Assembly: GCF_006345805.1 (NCBI RefSeq)
Contig: NC_043001.1
Coordinates: 29,264,001-29,328,000, forward strand
Direction of reading: 5' to 3'
Origin: Octopus sinensis
Lineage: Eukaryota
DNA: 64,000 bases
This document shows, in pieces, positions 12,044-25,099 of this stretch. The notes below the pieces were generated by a model, which was not told the origin of the DNA, ran no database searches, and was given only the letters and a program-made list of their open reading frames with translations. The position numbers and the translations under genes were made by a program. How positions within the stretch are numbered: the first letter of the stretch is position 1; each line of letters begins with the position of its first letter.

Positions 12044-14589
12044 CTGTTTTATAACTAATCCTCCGTGAGTCAGATATGCTAGTTCTTTCACAAGAGTGGA
12101 AGTAATATGATATGCTGAAAAAAAAAAAAATAACAAAGTTGATGTAAACAGGAATTTATTACGCCTATCTTACATGATATTTAATATACATATATCTCTA
12201 CCACAACAGAAACGTGTCAATAGTCTACTTGTATGTTAGGAAATAATAATCTTCCTTGTAAACATTGCCGTTTGGGATATAAGATTTATTACATATGCAA
12301 TGGTTGTTACATAATTCTATCAACTGATTTCTTAATGTTAACCAATAAGTTCAGGTGTGAGTATATTTATTACTCAATATCGGAAATTTTCAAAAAGGAG
12401 GAATGTAATTTAGGAATAAAATTAACACTTAAAATTATTACAGTTAATTTAAAAATAAACGTTTGAAAGCCAGATTCCTAAAGTGAATGACGCTACGTAT
12501 TATTCTTCGTCAAAAACGTTTAAACGAAGTTAAAGGAATCTGTTTTAAAGCTAAGTATTACCAGTATGTTTTTAAAATTGCTTCAATTTCGAATATTACC
12601 AATTTCTTGTAACGAGGCGTCTAAAATTCCTTGCTGTACAAGATTTAATCTGTGAGTCAAGAGTTGTCGTTCTTGGTACCACAGCCCTCATCAAAATCGC
12701 GGGTTAATGAAAATAATTAAACCTTACTTTGGTGTAGGGTGGGGAGGCAATTACTGCTCACATTGTGTGTAGTATATACTTCAGTAAGTAAATTGAATGT
12801 ATCAACAATAATAAAATCCCCTCATATCTAATTTAGGTTGATCCCAATAATGAAGTTTATATTAATCCCGCCCATTCCTGTTGGTAGTTTTTGAAAACAT
12901 TTTCCTTTTACATAACACGTGGGAAGCTGGTATGTAATTTTTACGCCTGGAACTTTGGATTAAAACCTTCTCATGTTCGGAAAGCGTCTGGAAATGACAT
13001 TTTATTAACCAACTATCAATATGCTACCTTATATACTTCCCCAAAAAACTATCTCTTAAACATTTCTACAATAGTTTATCATCTAAAGTATATCTAAATT
13101 AGTTAATTTAACGTAAACTATTTTATTTGTTGTTCGAATTTATTACCGAATTTTTACCATTTTAAAAATAGAAATAACATAAATAAATGTCTTAACTAGT
13201 TTTAGTTAATGCTGCTATCACCAGAGTTCGAGTAGAGAGGTAAAGTGTTCATTGGCATTGTTTCCTCGCTTGGTGTTAACCGTAAAATAGTCTACGCTCA
13301 TTTTGACGTAATGGCACGTTGTTACGTGCTTAGAAGATACATCCTTACTGTTTTTGACGTCGGTTACTGCTTTGACCTTGAGACTACTGCTACCTACTTT
13401 GTGGAAAGATTTACGTCTCTTTCGTCTTTATCACCTTGAGAACGATTGAAGCAGATTTGAATCGGAGCCAATTCCTACACCGGCTCTTTTTGGTTTCAGT
13501 AGATGAAGAGCTAGATATCTCTGCACTTATATGATTATAAGTCAGTGTAGGTAATATCTCCGATTTCAAGTCGACACGAAAATACATATAACACAAGGCG
13601 ATTTACAGATACATACAACGTACATTCATAAATATCTATATAGGCGGGTAGGTGAATTAAACACCAGAGATGCTTTGTCCCACCCAAAAAATGCAACTAC
13701 AGGGTATATATTTTACTGTTTTATGTGAGTGTTTCAACCGTGACATACACGTACACACACAGACACTTATATATATTGTATCGTGGTGTATGTCATTTTA
13801 TGTTTTCCTAACTCGCATTTGTTGGAAGTTAGTTTCGGCCAAAGTCAGTTTTTATTTGGAATTACTGATCTCCTGGCTGCACGTCTTCTTACCGGTTACT
13901 CTATAGTGTGTACTGGGTTCATTTTATCGTGGCACCAACACTAGAGATGTCTTGATTCCGGACTTTACGTTGTCTCCTCATTCGCCAACTAATTTACAGG
14001 GTTTATTTAGTGCACTTGGCATTCCTTCGATATAACTCGACAAAATCAAAACATTTCACTTCGGATATTTCCGTGGGTTGTGGAAATTATGCCAGTAATG
14101 TCTCATTTTAAACTTGAAGAAAAAAAAATGCCTTGCATATTTGTTCTTACCTGTTTCATGTGTGAATGCAAAATCCGCAAATTTCCAAGCAGAAAACAGA
14201 ATCGAACTGTCATTTGCTTCCACGCAAATACCCGAAGTGAAATGTTTTTTGTCGTGTTATATCGAAGGAATGCCGTGCACTTTGTTGTGGCTTCAACTCT
14301 TCTAAATTTGCTGTGTATTCAACAAGACTAAAGACTCATCACTATTCTGGGTTGTGTCTGTTCATTTGGGGCAACATGATCTAGTGGGTGAGAAGAAAGG
14401 GCAGTAACAAATAATCCAGAATTAGATAGTGAAAAAAACAAATGTATGACGGTAGAAATACAATGGTTGGGTGAATGTGTTAGCGGCGGGAGAAATAGAA
14501 AATGTAGTACTTGGAGAATTTAGGAGATGGTAATGGTTGTTGCGTATTAGCTGGTAATAGAGCCAGTCATTGAACCAATCCTATGACTG

Positions 14590-15041
14590 GCAGTTGCCAG
14601 GACCGCTGGACTGACTCCTGTGCAGGTGGCAAGTGAAGAAACACCATTTTGAGATCCATTGAGTCAAGTACACCAACATCAAAATCAATGGAAACTGCAG
14701 TTGTGATCCCTGAGCCGGTGGCACGTAAAAAGCACTATCTGAATCGTTGCCGATACCAGTGCTGCCTTGACTGGCTTCCATGTTGGTGGCACGTAAAGTG
14801 CACCAATCCAATTGTGGCCGTTGCCAGCCTTGCCAGGCACCTGTGCAGGTGGCACGTAAAAAGCACCCACTACACTCATGGAGTGGTTGGCGTTAGGAAG
14901 GGCATCTAGCTGTAGAACCACTGCCAGATCAGACTGGAGCCTGGTGCAGCCTTCTGGCTTCCCAGATCCCCGGTCGAATTTCCAATTCATGTTAGCATGG
15001 AGAACGGATGTTAAACGATGATGATGATGATGATGATGATG
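14590..15041 (+). mobile_element. RTE LINE 3' UTR fragment
   Basis: gtggcacgtaaaaagcac repeats, gagtggttggcgttaggaagggcatc box, (GAT)n tail. Confidence 0.85.
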
Positions 15042-15599
15042 AGAGCATAAGTGATATCACTACTGAATGACCTGTTGGAGAGGAAGTGATGATCAAGGAG
15101 GTTGATGGTGGTGTATATCAGATATCAACAGTTGTTATGCAATCCCACGTTAAACAAGCATCATGATACAATATTATATAACAGTATGTCGGTATAATTG
15201 TGTGGTTAAAAGGTTAATATTACAGCTGCGATGGTTTTGAGTTCAGTTCCACTATGTGGTATGTTGGCCAAGTGCATTCATGTATAGTTCCATGCTGACC
15301 CAAACCTCGTGAGTATGTTGATATTTTTGGCAGCACACAAAGGTCATATACCACAAATAAAAGTTACCTATGCTTCAAACCATGCACATCACGCTGTTGG
15401 ATTGAATATTCATCTGAGAGGTCATGGACAGAAAGTTAGAAAAGCTATCGACAGGGAGGAAGCACAGAGGAATGCCAATCATCTGTAAAGATAGAGCAAG
15501 CACCACACATACACACACACACACATATATAATGTATGTAAATGCCAAATTCTTCCCAAAAGAAGTATCTTCTTATATAGACTAGTGGTTTGTGACTAT

Positions 15600-18430
15600 A
15601 AGATAGAGGCATATAATAAGAGAACAGAACTAACAGTTTTTACTGGAAAATGTGCTAGGGATGACAGACATGTGGCTAGTGCATGATTCCAGCTAAATGC
15701 AGGCTAGTGCATTGCAACAGTACTATAGAAAGTGCCTTAAATGCAAAGAGACAACCCTGAAAAGACTGGAAGAAAGGGAGCAGCAGAGAATACCTAGTTG
15801 TTAAAAAGAAGCTGAATGTCAGGTATGCATAGCTGGAGGAGAGGCAGAAAAGAAGTTTGCACGCATTTTATGGCATCAAGTGTTCTGCATTGCTAGACAG
15901 TATTGAAATTTTCGTGAGAAATCATCATTTAATGTCTGCTTTCCATGCTGGTGTGGGTTGGACGGTTTGACTGAGTGCTGGCAAGCCAGGAGGCTGCACC
16001 AGGCCCCAATCTGATCTGGTGAAGTTTCTACAGTTGGATGCCCTTCCTAACACCAACCACTCCGAGAGTGTAGTGGGTGCTTTTTACATGCCACTGGCAT
16101 CAACCCCACTCAAATGGTGCCTTTTAGATACCACCGGTATGGGAGCCAGTCAGGCAGCACTGGCTCCCATGCTGGTATGTGAAATGATAATAGTACACTT
16201 ATTCTCACTGACATTGGTAGGAAAGGTATAGAGGTGTTACTCTGGGAAGCTACTGAATGTGTCAACAATGGGACCAGCCATCCAAGTTGACAGTATTAAG
16301 GTAGATAGAACAATAAAGGACATGAAGGTAGGGAAAGAAAATAAGCTGGCAGGGATAGTTGCTGAAATTCTTAAAATACACTGCAAAGTAGGGCACAGGC
16401 TGGTCACTTGAAGAGTAATTCAAGTAACACAGTCATACCCAATGCAGTATCATCATAAATTAAAGAGGCAAAGGAGATGCACTAAAGAGATGTAACTACT
16501 GAGAGATCAGTGTTAAACCGGATTATGATGTGACATAAATGGTTATTGCAAAATTGATTAGGGACAGGATTATGGGGTTTGGCTTTGTCTTGAAAAGAGG
16601 CACCACTGGGACCATATTCCTTGTGAGACAACTGCAAGCAAAATGCATGGATAGGAATATTTCCCTATACCTTGCATTTGTCAATCTGGAGGTCTTTGAT
16701 AGGGTCCCATGCACTTTGAGTTGGTGGTCATTAAGGAAATTAAGAATGAATGAATGGTTTGTTAGAGCCATACATGCTATATATGAAAGATCAGTTAGCA
16801 AAGTGAAAATCAGCAATGAATTAAATAATGAATTTAGTGTGCATGTGGGAGGTACATCATGGCTCAGTTCTCAGTTCCTTTCTATTTATTTTATTTCTCT
16901 AAGCCATTACAGAGGAATCTAAGGTACTGCCTGTGGGATGCCCTGCATACTGATAATTTATCTTTTCAGTAGAAGAATTGAAGCTGGAATTCAAGATATG
17001 GAAAGAAAATCTGGAATTGAGAACCCTTAAAGCAAGCTTAGCAAAAGCAAATGCTTTACTAATGAATTTCATTTGATCCATTTGATTTACTAATGAATTT
17101 CATTTGATCCATGCGCAATTGGAAAAGTAGACATGAAAAAGAAGGGACACATAAAAGGTGCAGCAATATCAAAGGAAGATTAACCAGGAAAATAGTTTTT
17201 GTGTGTAGCAGATACACTGGGGCAATAAACACTGAAGATGTACAGAAAACAGGTTCCATCATATGCCAGAGGAAGAAACTAGAAGTAGTTAATAGCTTCT
17301 GCTACTTAAAAAACAACGTCTGTAGTGGGGGTGTTGGTTGCTCTGAGAGTGTAGAGACTGGGCAAAGTTCAGAGAGCTCTTACCTCTGCTGGCAACTAAA
17401 GGCCTCTTGCTCAGGGTGAAAGGTAGACTGTATGATGCATGTGTGCAAACAGCCATGCTACACAACAGTGAAACATGGGCCATGAATGCTGAGGACATGC
17501 GTAGGCTTGAAAGAAATAAAGCTAGTATGATCCACTGGATGTGTAATCTCAGTATGCATACAAGACAGAGTGTAAGCACCCCAAGAGAAAAGTTGGGCAT
17601 AAGAAGCATCAAATGTGGTGTGCAAGAGAGACGACTGTGCTGGTATGGCCATGTGTTACATATGAATGAAAACAGCTGTGTAAGGAAGTGCCTAACTCCC
17701 TAACTTTGGAAGGAACCTGTAGAAGTAGACCCAGGAAGATATGAGATGAGATGGTGAAGCATTACTTCGAACATTGGGCTTCACACAAGCAATGACAGGA
17801 GACCAGGACCTTTGGAGATACGCTGTGATTGAGATCTGGCAACTAAAGTGAAATAGTTTTTGTATGTGGCAAATCCTCAGGAGGAATAAATACTGAAAAT
17901 GTGCAGAAAACAACTTCCGTCACATTCCAGGGGAGAAAACTACAAGTAGTTTATAGCTTCTTGAAGCGTTGGGCAATATATGCTTAAGACCTGTTGAGTC
18001 AAGTAAAACCATTATCGTAGCTGGGGCCGGTGTCCTCTGGCTGACTCCCGTGCTGATGGCACATCAAAGGCACCATCTGAACGTGGTCGAAGCCAGGTCT
18101 GCCTGACTGGCTACTGTGCCTATGGCACGTAAAAAACACCAACCAATCGTGACCGATGCCAATAACCCCCTGACTGGCTCCTGTGCCAGTAGCACTTGAA
18201 AAGCACCATCTGAACATGTTTGTTGCCAGGCCTGCCTTACTGGCTCCTGTGCTGGTGGCACATGAAAAACACCCACTACACTCTTGGAGTGCTTGGCGTT
18301 AGGAAGGGCGTCCAGCTGTAGAAACTCTTCCAGACCAGACTGGAATCTGATGCAGCTGCTGGTTCTCCAGACCTCAGTCAAACTGTCCAACTCATGCCAG
18401 CATGGAAAACGGAAGTTAATTGATGATGAT
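15600..18430 (+). mobile_element. Degenerate RTE LINE (EN-RT linker, RT, C-terminus, 3' UTR), interrupted at about 15922-16190
   Basis: ORF fragments 16539-16922 (RT: GFVLKRGTTGTIFLVRQLQ..YLAFVNLEVFDRVP) and 17407-17703 (LRVKGRLYDACVQTAMLHNSETWA...RRLCWYGHV); frameshifted. Confidence 0.9.
15922..16190 (-). mobile_element. RTE 3' end nested in reverse orientation inside the RTE at 15600-18430
   Basis: catcatttaatgtctgctttccatgctgg...ggatgcccttcctaacaccaaccactcc; RTE-like coding sequence resumes on the far side. Confidence 0.8.
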
Positions 18431-18955
18431 ATATAGGTTTAAGCATGGCTGTATGAATATGCTTGGTAATTTTGTGCTCTCAAGTTCTATCTTGGACTGA
18501 CAAAAGTGGGATTGGTAGAAGGAAATTATTAAAACTAAAATAACCAAGTATGATATATAGATGGCTATTTTATTTAATACTGTTTCAAATGCATATGCCA
18601 GAATTTCATTCAACCAGGCAGTTATTCATAATATCAGGAAACGTTTTATTCAATGTTTCCTATATCAGTGAGAAATTCTCACCCATGTGAGAATCTCTTG
18701 CTGACTGCATGCGTCATTAAAAACGCTGAAATGCACACAGTATTTAAGTGGGCTGCTGCTGGGATGATTTTTCTTTTGTTTCCTGTCAATACTTTTCTTT
18801 TTTAACACAGCAAGGCCATAAGAAATGTTGCCTCAAGACAAATACTGCTGTTACTGGCTCATTGACAGTGTATATACATCAAGACTTTTTAAATTTAATA
18901 CTGTCTCAATTGCATATACCATATACACATACCTATATGAGTCATTATCAGAACT

Positions 18956-20400
18956 AGAGAAGTTTCAGGTGTGGAAGTAAGGTCTAGAATTGAAAGGCCT
19001 TAGAGTCAACCAAGCAAAAACCAAAGTCGTAATAAGTAGGAAGGCAGACAGAGCACAAATCCCTTCAGGTAGATGGCCATGCTTGATCTTTAGAAAAGGC
19101 GTAGGTTGAAACTCCATAAGATGTACTCAGTGTAAGCTATGGACACACAAGAGGTGCAACAATATAAAAAAAAGGCTAACTGGGAAGATAGTTTTTGCAT
19201 GTGGCAAACGCTCAGGTGCAATAAACACTGAAAATGTGCAGAAAATAGCTTCCGTCCCATTCCTGGGTGAAAAACTAGTTGTAGTTGATAGCTTCCGTCC
19301 CATTCCTGGGGAAAAAACTAGTTGTAGCGGGGATGGATGCTCTGAAAGTGTAGCTGCTAGAATAAGAATAGCCTAGGCAAAGTTCAGAGAGCTCCTAACC
19401 TCTGCTGGTGACAAAGGGCCTCTCACTCAGTAAAAGGTAGACTATGACACATATCTGTGAACAGCCATTCTATATGGCAGTGAAACATGGGCCGTGACTG
19501 CTGAAGACATGCGTAAGCTTCCAAGGAATGAAGACAGTATGCTTCGCTGGATGTGTAATGTCAGTGTGCATGCATGACAGAGTATAAGTACCCTGAGAGA
19601 AAAGTTGAACTTAGGAAGCATCAGATGTGGTGTGCAAGAGAGATGACTACACTGGTATAGTCATGTGTTGTGAATGGATGAAGACAGCTGTGTGAAAAAG
19701 TGTCACACCTTAGCAGTTGAGGGAACCTGTGGAAGAGTAAAACTCAGGAAGACCTGGGATGAGGTGGTGAAGCATGACCTTTGAACATTGGGCCTTACCA
19801 AGGCAATGACAAGTGACCTTTGGAGATATGCTCTGCTTGAGAAGACCCGGCAAGCCAAGTGAGACTATAACCATGCCTATGCCAGTACAGCATAACCAGC
19901 CCATTTAAGAGTACCCTTCAATCATTAGGCAATAAACTGCACTTGTGAAGACCTGTTGAAGCAAGTGAAATTGTTGTTGTGGCCGACGACACTACCAACT
20001 GATTGGCACCCATGCCAGTGGAACATTTAAAGCACCATTCGATCGTGATCATTGCCAATGCCACTTGACTGGCTCCCATGCCAGTGCCATGTAAAAGGCA
20101 CCATTCGAGCATGATTGTTGCCAGCGTCACCTGACTGGTCCTGTGCTGGTGGCATGTAAAAAGCACCATTTGAGCATGGTTGATGCCAGTACCACCTGAC
20201 TGGCCCTTGTGCTGGTGACACGTAAAAAGCACCCACTACACTCTCAGAGTGGTTGGCATTAGGAAGGGCATCCAGCTGTAGAAACTTTGCCAGATCAGAC
20301 TGGAGCTTAGTGCAGCCTTCTGGCTCGCCAGCCCTCAGTCAAACCATGCAATCCATGCCAGCATGGGAAGCAGATATTAAACGACAATGATGATGATGTA
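18956..20400 (+). mobile_element. 5'-truncated RTE LINE
   Basis: Homologous to 17000-18430; 3' UTR with several tandem aaaagcaccatt units and a GAT tail. Confidence 0.88.
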
Positions 20401-20419
20401 TATATATAATATATACATG

Positions 20420-20720
20420 TTAGCATGCAACTGTAACTTTGTCGTTGAGAAGTTTTATTTCTCAGCTACATAATTTCAAATTCAGTCCTATTACATAGCA
20501 CCTTGGGTAAGTGTCTTTACTATAGCCCCAGGTTGATCAAAGTCTTGTGAGTGGATCAAAGTCTTGTGAGTACATTGCTTATGTATATATGGAAAATTAT
20601 TGCCTTGCTTAGAAACAGGTGATGGTTGGTGATATGAAGGGTATCCGTCTGTTGAAAACATACCTCAACAAATTCCATCTAATCCATATAAGCATGGAAA
20701 AGTGGATATTAAAGCAATGA
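20420..20720 (+). mobile_element. tRNA-derived SINE with RTE-like 3' tail
   Basis: ccttgggtaagtgtc CORE-like box followed by agcatggaaaagtggatattaaa tail. The related tail occurs at 49110-49320. Confidence 0.6.
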
Positions 20721-21003
20721 TTTATGATTGTGAAGTTTTCTTCACAACCACATGACTTTGGGTTCAGTCTGCAGAACCTTGGGCAAGTGTCTCCTTTTAT
20801 AGCTCTTGGTCAGCCAATGCCTTGTGAATGGAATTGGTTGACAGAAACTATATGGAACTGTCACATGAGTGTGTGTGTGCATGTGCTCAAATGCTCACAT
20901 TCCACTACTTTGCTTGTTTGGTTAAAATAGTGGTATGATGTTTACATTGCTTTTTTCTTGTTAAATATTACAACTAATCTCAAAGCTCTTGAAGTCTAGT
21001 GGT

Positions 21004-21049
<46 letters not shown>

Positions 21050-21340
21050 ATGTAAATCCCCTACTTGAAACAACAAGTAAGAGTTTACTACAGGAATGGC
21101 ATCCAGCTGTAACGTGCTGCCTGAAATATGTCCCTGTTCAATCCTACTCAAATAGTAAACACAGATGTTAAATGAACAATGGATTTGATGAATAATCAGA
21201 TGTTCAGTCAAAGTTACCTATTCATTGAATTAGCATATTAGTGGGTGAGTATTCGACAGGGACATATGCACTTAAAGTTTTTTGGCAAAATCAGCGTGAC
21301 AATGTGTGGCATGAAGGGACCTTTTGAATTACAGGTTTAA

Positions 21341-21559
21341 CCCTTTAGTATTTAAACCGGCCATATCTGGCCAAAATAGCTAATCTGTCTTATGTTCAAA
21401 CTGACCAGATCCAGGCTCTCAAACCTACCCCACAATATTATTCTACGTTAAGTAATTACACCATCAAGATCTTGAAGATATGAGATAATGCATGATTAAT
21501 TCAAATCAATGGGAATCAATAGGCATTATGTTTGATTGAATAATCTGAACACTAAAGGG
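21341..21559. mobile_element. piggyBac-type MITE (219 bp)
   Basis: TTAA|ccctttagt ... actaaaggg|TTAA. Confidence 0.75.
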
Positions 21560-22439
21560 TTAATTCCTCCAATGGACTTCTGTACAGTTTCCATCTATCC
21601 AGTTTCATTCAAGGTTTGGGTTAACCCAACTTTGTGAAAGACTCACTATGGTAAAAGACACGTGCCCAATATACCATGTACTGGTATCGAACTGGAACCT
21701 TGTGACTGGGAAGGATCTCCGTAGCCATTTGGCCTTGTTGCACCTGTTTTATCCTGTGTTGTGTGTGTACAAAAAAAAAAACTTGGTAATCGTTTATGCT
21801 TGGAGTCTGAAGTGTTTTATCTACAACACTGCATGTTTTTTTAAATCGTTCCAGTTAGTGAAATGATATTTGAAAATAAGATAGAAATAAATAGTGAAAT
21901 AATTGTTAAAAAATTATCAGAAGATATTGGAATAATTTTAATAAGTGTGTTTCCTCTTTGATGTTAGTTCACAAAAGTTAAAATTTGAGGGATTACTCAA
22001 TTGGCTAGAATTATCAGCTAAATCTCCCTAAACAAATTGTGAAGATCAAGCCACAAACACAAGAAAGGCAGAAACTAATAGATTAATGACAATGTGGTTA
22101 TATTTAAGTTTAACTCTTCCTTCTCAGTTTTGCAAATGAATACTCTCAATAGTAATATTATTCTAACAATAAGACTTTGAAACAATTTAAGACAGTTGTT
22201 AAATGCTGTTATAATTTTAAAGAAATGAAGGAAGTATTGTTTACGTATAGCTAAAAAGTGAAAATGGCACGTTATTCTCCAAGATTGTCAAAATATATGC
22301 AAAACATCTATCTAAAGATATAAGGTGGTGTAATAATTCTAACAAAACATATTTTCCATGTCTGCTATTTTAAAAAGTCGACTAGATGAATAAAATTTAA
22401 CAAAAGGAGAAAACTGTGAAATTAGGATTTAAAGTAAAA

Positions 22440-22860
22440 TTGCTTTGTTTAGTATTCATTTGATATGTGCCAAAAAAGATTACTTTGTATAAAAATAATA
22501 AGAGTTCACACCGCTCCATTTTCTCTGACACTGATGGCATCATCATTGCATAATCAAGATTTACATTTTTGCTTTATGCAATGTTTTTCATTAACTTCTG
22601 TTCATCACTTTCAACATAGGATTCCACTGTGTGTCCTATTTCTGAAGGTCAAATATAGCGATCGTTTCAATGGCAAACCTCTCAATCAGACACTTCACAA
22701 TTACACTGGGTTTTTCCAACAACTTGACTCTCTGTGATATTGAAAAACAGAAATACTTTCTCTTTTTCTTTTCATGATTATTCATAGGAATATATGCAGT
22801 TCTTTTCAACATTTTCATCATTGTAGAGTATATAGGATGTGGTAGTGCATACAAGACTTG
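22440..22860 (-). mobile_element. Tigger/pogo-family transposase fragment (N-terminal HTH)
   Basis: KKKRKYFCFSISQRVKLLEK..VIVKCLIERFAIETIAIFDLQK resembles pogo/Jerky psq-type HTH; the downstream KTLHKAK remnant fits the same family. Confidence 0.6.
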
Positions 22861-23289
22861 TTGCTATGACATTTCATGGTGATAAACTGAGGCCTAATTA
22901 ATGGGGCTGGACAAGCAAAACCTTAGGTGTGTGATATCACTTTCAACAATTGACTTGTAACAGCTGTGCATTTCCAAGGAACCTGGGCACTCTCTGGAAT
23001 TTTCCATTTATGACACATCTTTCTCTAGATAAATTTTTGGAATTTGGCAGTCTTTTAGATGTGTTTTGTGTGTGAAAAGTAAAATGGAGACGAACTTTAA
23101 ACAATCTCCTCACTATCAAGGAACAAAGATAATAAATTCTTCTGAGTTAGCAGCAGCAGTGACATTGTGTATGGAGTAGGCATCTTATTAACAGAGAAGT
23201 GTGTAGAATAAGTAATTGAAGTAGTAAAAGTATGTAGTAGGATAATTGAGCTTAGACTAACCTTAGTTAATATATCAGTGATATTGATC

Positions 23290-23760
23290 TCTGCATATGC
23301 TCCACAATCTGAACTGGCAGATGGACAGGGACAATTTGCAGACTATGTTAATGATGAATAGTAGTTACTTTCTTGTCATGGTTGGTGATTTCAAGAGACA
23401 TGTTGGACAGTGTTCTAATGAATTTCACAATGTGCTTTGGTTTGAGGAGCAAAGGGGTAATAAGGCTACAAGAACTTTCTGACACTAAAGACTTGACCAT
23501 TTGTAACACTAATTTCACCTGATCGCATATTAATCTTGTGAACACACAAGCTAAATAGATCTAATTCTGGCCAGGTAATGGAATGGACAGATAGTTATAG
23601 ACACTTAAGTGTTTCCTCTTGGGCATAATGTACAAGCCAACACAGGCTAATGGTTAGTAATTTAGGACTTAGAGGTTGGCAGGCTTAGAAAACAATCAGT
23701 TTGGAAAAAAAAGATATGGAAGCTTTAAGATCCATCAAACTGAACTTTAGAAATGTACAA
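23290..23760 (+). mobile_element. Degenerate RTE apurinic endonuclease fragment
   Basis: LVMVGDFKRHVGQ resembles the APE motif GDFNGHVG; followed by an ICNTNF-like segment. Confidence 0.6.
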
Positions 23761-23799
23761 GTTGAAGTATTTGATGGAAGCAAGGAGATAGAGATTTAA

Positions 23800-23991
23800 C
23801 TTTTTAGCATTCAAACTGGCCATATCTGGCCTAATATTATGCAACCTCTCACACCTACCTTACAATGCTCATCTAAAAAATTAGCCATCACTTCATGAGA
23901 ATCTCAAAGCTGCAAGATGATGCATGACTAATTCAAAACAATGTGAATAAATATGCATTACATTTGGCAGAATAATCTGAATGCTAAAGGG
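23800..23991. mobile_element. Second copy of the 21341-21559 MITE family
   Basis: Flanked by TTAA; shares ggccatatctggcc and aataatctga..ctaaaggg. Confidence 0.7.
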
Positions 23992-25099
23992 TTAAAGCAT
24001 AGAAGACAGCTGGAAGTTCCTATGGGACAACCCACTGAGGGCTATAGACCAAATCTGTGACTGGTGGAAGGTTTCAACTAGATTGAAGATGACAGTAGTT
24101 TATGGAGCCATAAAAATGGAGAGGCTTGTAAACACTGGAAAAAAAGTGAGTAGAATGTTAAAAGTAAAAAGACACTACAGTATGTTGAGTGACCAACCTC
24201 TAATCTATTATGCTGGTCCATTCCAACCCATGCTAGCATGGAAAATGGACGCTAAACGATGATGATGATTCCTGAACAATCTGTAACCTGATATACCCAG
24301 CTTAATGTGGAAGCCTGTGTTGCAGATGACCCAATTTTATTTAGCAGGCATGACTTATTTCTTGCAGCCACATGTATGCACACATACATACAGGTTTACG
24401 CTTACTTACCCTCACTATTAAGTCTGATTACACCAACAGATAGTAATACAGTCACATATTTGGGAGTCGTACACTAGGCATGGTCATCAGTAGGGGATAC
24501 TGCTGAAAGCAGTTGCTTTGTTTGATTGGAACAATTGAAATTTTCGATTTTGGTGGATGTATGTAAGAGAAGTGGAGAAAGTGTTGTTGAAATGTTTTGT
24601 GGTTTGTACTATGTTAGACAATGGTTTCAATGAAAATAGCTTCAGTTCAAATCTGTTTTTCAAGTCTGAGTGCTTACTGTAAATTATTGTACTTGCAGTT
24701 TCCATTGACCTACATACACCTTTGTATTTCCTATGTATTTTATTCTCCTACATAATTGGTGATTTTCTTGAGAAAACCAGTGGCCATTACATAAGTTCTG
24801 GATATGACATGTGAAAGGGCGAAATCCCTAATTTCTCCATAAAGAACAAAACCTGTGTGTTAGAAATGCACATGTGAATAGAAGAGAGGGAGGGTTACAA
24901 TTCCCAACAAAATTTTATTGATCAACAGTTAAAGTGTTTCTTGTTTTGACAAACAAATTATGTTCTGGGCATAACCTGCAAAAATTTGCCTTTTTTTGTA
25001 CTGAGCATGTTTCAAAGCAAAATTGTCTGAGAAATTGTTCTTCAGACACTAGTTTAAATTGAAAACGATTGCTGCATTTGTAGAAATGAAATTGTGAAA

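Noticed and set aside
13411-13596. Minus-strand 61-aa ORF in the CpG-rich part of intron 1
   Set aside because: No recognisable homology and no consistent splice sites; the other frames are closed.
17055-17112. 27-bp direct repeat inside an RTE (also a duplication of about 46 bp near 19246-19330)
   Set aside because: Ordinary slippage or repair scars in dead retroelements.
18811-18957. Strong acceptor in a unique island of intron 1 with an open frame (QGHKKCCLKT...)
   Set aside because: No credible donor before the stop codon, and no similarity to OGDH.
19960-20240. Regularly spaced aaaagcaccatt...gcc units resembling a CRISPR repeat-spacer array (also 18040-18290 and 33660-33950)
   Set aside because: The spacers are similar to each other and the units always lie between an RTE ORF end and the GAT tail. 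They are LINE 3' UTR subrepeats in a eukaryotic genome.
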